In this document: in pieces, positions 61,746 to 64,000 of the stretch
Layout of the letters: each line of letters opens with the position of its first letter
Position numbering within the stretch: position 1 is the first letter of the stretch
NCBI GenBank assembly: GCA_963789955.1
Contig: CAWBMV010000017.1
Span: 32,001 to 96,000 of the forward strand
Direction: 5' to 3'
DNA: 64,000 nucleotides
Origin: an uncultured Candidatus Rokubacteria bacterium
GTDB taxonomy: Bacteria; Methylomirabilota; Methylomirabilia; Rokubacteriales; CSP1-6
Notes under the pieces: model-generated
Databases searched by the model: none
Seen by the model: only the letters and a program-made list of their open reading frames with translations
What the model was told of the DNA's origin: nothing
Position numbers and translations under genes: made by a program

Positions 61746-63530
61746 ATGGGCCGGCTTGCGCGGCGCATGCTTCCTTATATCCGTGCCCACTGGCCGCGGC
61801 TCGTCTGGCCGCTCGTGCTGGCGATGCTCATCAGTGCCTGCGAGCTGCTCAAGCCCTGGCCGCTCAAGATCGTCATCGATTCAGTCCTCGGCGGCCAGCC
61901 CCTACCCTGGGAGTGGGCGCGCGGATGGTCGAGCTCAGCCGTGCTCCTGCTCTCGTGCGTGGCGCTCGTAGGGCTCTACGCCGTCCTCGGCGCGCTGCAC
62001 ATGCTGAACAACTACACGACGGTCGACGTCGGGCAGCGTCTGGTGACCGACCTGCGCAGCGCGGTCTACGCGCACCTGCATCAGCTGTCGCTCGACTTCT
62101 ACACCCGCGCACGAGTCGGTGACCTGCTCTACCGAGTGACTGCCGATACCCTCGCGCTGCAGTCGCTGACCGTGAGCTGCCTGTTCCCGACCGCGACCGC
62201 CGCGATCCTGCTCGTCGGCATGATCTCGGTCATGCTCCAGCTCGATGCGACCTTGACCCTGCTGGCGCTCGCGGTGTGCCCCGCGCTGTTCGTCATCATC
62301 AAGCGGCTCGACGGTCGCGTGACTCGCGCCGCGGGCAAGTTCCGCGAAAGCGAGAGCGAAGTCTACACGGTGGTGCAGCGGGCGATGTCCGCGATGCGAC
62401 TGATCCAGGCCTTCGCGCGCGAGGACGACGAGCACCGGCGGTTCATGGCCGCGAGCCGCCAGAGCCTCGCCGCCGGCCTGAAACTCCACACGCTCCAGAC
62501 CTTCTACGGCTTCGTGATCAGCATGGTGATCGCGGTCGGCACGGCCGGCGTCGTGTGGGTCGGGGCCCGACACGTCCTGGACGGCACGCTCAGCGTGGGG
62601 TCGCTCGTGATCTTCGTCGCGTATCTCGCGGCGCTCTACAGCCCCATCAACAGCATGTTCCAGACCTGGGGAATCGCGCAGACCTCGACGGTCGGCGTGC
62701 GGCGCGTGTTCGATCTGCTCGACGTCGAGCGCGAGATCGCCGACGGAACCCTGGATTTCCCGGCCGGCGGCGCGCGCGGCCAGGTGATCTTCGATCGTGT
62801 CGCGTTCGAGTATTCGGGCGGCCACCGGGTGCTCAACGACATCAGCCTGCGCGTCCAGCCGGGACAGACCGTCGCGATCGTCGGCGCGACCGGCGCGGGG
62901 AAGTCGACGCTCCTGAGCCTCCTGCCGCGCTTCTACGACACGACGGGCGGCCGGATCCTCGTCGACGGCGTGGACGTGCGCGAGTACCGGCTCGCGTCGC
63001 TGCGTCGCCAGATCGCCATGGTCCTGCAGCCTCCGCTGCTCTTGCCGACCAGTGTCCGCGACAACATCGCGCTCGGGCGGCCGGAGGCCGGTCTCGACGA
63101 CATCGTGGCCGTGGCGCGCCTGGCGCGTATCCACGACACCATCCTGGCGTTGCCCGACGGGTACGACACCGTCGTGGGGGAGCAGGGCGTCACGCTCTCC
63201 GAGGGTGAGAAGCAGCGAATCACCATCGCGCGCGCGCTGCTGCGCGACGCGCCGATTCTCATCCTGGACGAGCCGACCTCGGCCATGGATGCCGAGACCG
63301 AAGCGCTCTTCCTGCAGGGGCTCGAGCGCTTCGGGACGGGCCGGACGACCTTCGTCATCGCCCATCGTCTCTCGACGGTCCGGAAGGCCGACGTCATCGT
63401 CGTCCTGCGCGACGGCCAGATCGTCGAGCAAGGGACCTTCGAATCGCTCCTGGAGTACCCGGGCGTGTTCGCGTCGCTCTGGAGGATGGCGGAAGGCGTC
63501 CCGGCGGAGCCCGCCGTCGCGGTGCCGTAG
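61746..63530 (+). CDS. ABC exporter, fused permease/ATPase (MsbA-like)
   Basis: TM domain, GATGAGKST, signature variant LSEGEKQR, LILDE, IAHRLST. Confidence 0.92.
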   Translation: MGRLARRMLPYIRAHWPRLVWPLVLAMLISACELLKPWPLKIVIDSVLGGQPLPWEWARGWSSSAVLLLSCVALVGLYAVLGALHMLNNYTTVDVGQRLVTDLRSAVYAHLHQLSLDFYTRARVGDLLYRVTADTLALQSLTVSCLFPTATAAILLVGMISVMLQLDATLTLLALAVCPALFVIIKRLDGRVTRAAGKFRESESEVYTVVQRAMSAMRLIQAFAREDDEHRRFMAASRQSLAAGLKLHTLQTFYGFVISMVIAVGTAGVVWVGARHVLDGTLSVGSLVIFVAYLAALYSPINSMFQTWGIAQTSTVGVRRVFDLLDVEREIADGTLDFPAGGARGQVIFDRVAFEYSGGHRVLNDISLRVQPGQTVAIVGATGAGKSTLLSLLPRFYDTTGGRILVDGVDVREYRLASLRRQIAMVLQPPLLLPTSVRDNIALGRPEAGLDDIVAVARLARIHDTILALPDGYDTVVGEQGVTLSEGEKQRITIARALLRDAPILILDEPTSAMDAETEALFLQGLERFGTGRTTFVIAHRLSTVRKADVIVVLRDGQIVEQGTFESLLEYPGVFASLWRMAEGVPAEPAVAVP

Positions 63531-63536
63531 CGGCGC

Positions 63537-64000
63537 CTAGTATCCCTTCGCCCGGTCGACCAGGTTCAAGAGCGGCGCGCCGTCCAGGTAGCGCCGCAGA
63601 TTCTCCGCGAACAGCGTGCAGCAGTCGTCGTCGTAGCTCGCGACGAAGCCGGAGACGTGCGGCGACAGGATGGCGTTCGGCGCGCCGTACAGGGGATGGC
63701 CGGCCGGCGGCGGCTCCTGCGCGAACACGTCGACCGCGGCGCCGGCGATGCGCTGCTCGGCGAGCGCCCGCGTGAGCGCGGTCTCGTCGACGCTGGCGCC
63801 GCGCCCGACATTGATGAAGTAGGCCGTCCGCTTCATCGCCGCGAGCTCGGCTGCGCCGATCATGTGCTGCGTCTCGCGCGTGAGCGGCGCGCACATCACG
63901 ACCACGTCCGACGCCGCGAGCAGCGCGTGCAGCTCCGCCGGCGAGAACCACCCGTCGGGCAGGCGGCCCTCGGGGTCCCCGGTGCCGGCCGGGCAGTAGC
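63537..64000 (-). CDS. D-2-hydroxyacid dehydrogenase family protein (5' truncated by the window edge)
   Basis: APLTRET, FINVGRG, AAVDVF..EP, ILSPHVSG. Confidence 0.9.
   Translation of the reverse strand, partial: YCPAGTGDPEGRLPDGWFSPAELHALLAASDVVVMCAPLTRETQHMIGAAELAAMKRTAYFINVGRGASVDETALTRALAEQRIAGAAVDVFAQEPPPAGHPLYGAPNAILSPHVSGFVASYDDDCCTLFAENLRRYLDGAPLLNLVDRAKGY

Overview
A high-GC (about 70% by eye) window from a diderm bacterium. The gene content (fused LptF/G, GuaB3-type IMPDH, many amidohydrolase/NHL/LLM/Rieske paralogues, a GC-rich REP-like repeat) resembles Candidatus Rokubacteria/Methylomirabilota; that assignment is inference. Scattered 1-bp indels, including in the essential genes dnaE and valS, indicate an unpolished long-read assembly, so split ORFs are treated as single genes. 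Contents: about 57 CDS, including a housekeeping block (miaB, accA, dnaE, guaA, guaB, coaX, birA, valS, lptFG), an arsR-arsM-aquaporin-arsN1-arsC operon and several catabolic clusters. Main observations the ORF track misses: (1) a 28-bp XerC/D dif-like site at 20127-20154, with KOPS-like octamers and core genes oriented toward it; (2) right beside it, a three-gene module of an output-less CHASE2 membrane sensor, a small secreted Cys-rich protein ending in GATRG-x-G-x-x-C, and an M48 lipoprotein protease, facing a Tle1-like DUF2235 gene - the best candidate for an undescribed system; (3) an OsmC-family gene with an in-frame UGA at the conserved Cys position followed by a SECIS-like hairpin; (4) five copies of a palindromic repeat, two forming a translationally coupled tandem at the start of an ABC permease; (5) a cyanobacterial-type 2-oxoglutarate decarboxylase/SSADH pair; (6) a divergent FBP aldolase/phosphatase opposite a SorC/CggR-type regulator; (7) a stand-alone PaaA/BoxB-like diiron protein; (8) a 58-aa membrane-anchored zinc-ribbon small protein. 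No rRNA, tRNA, CRISPR array, transposase or integrase was recognised.
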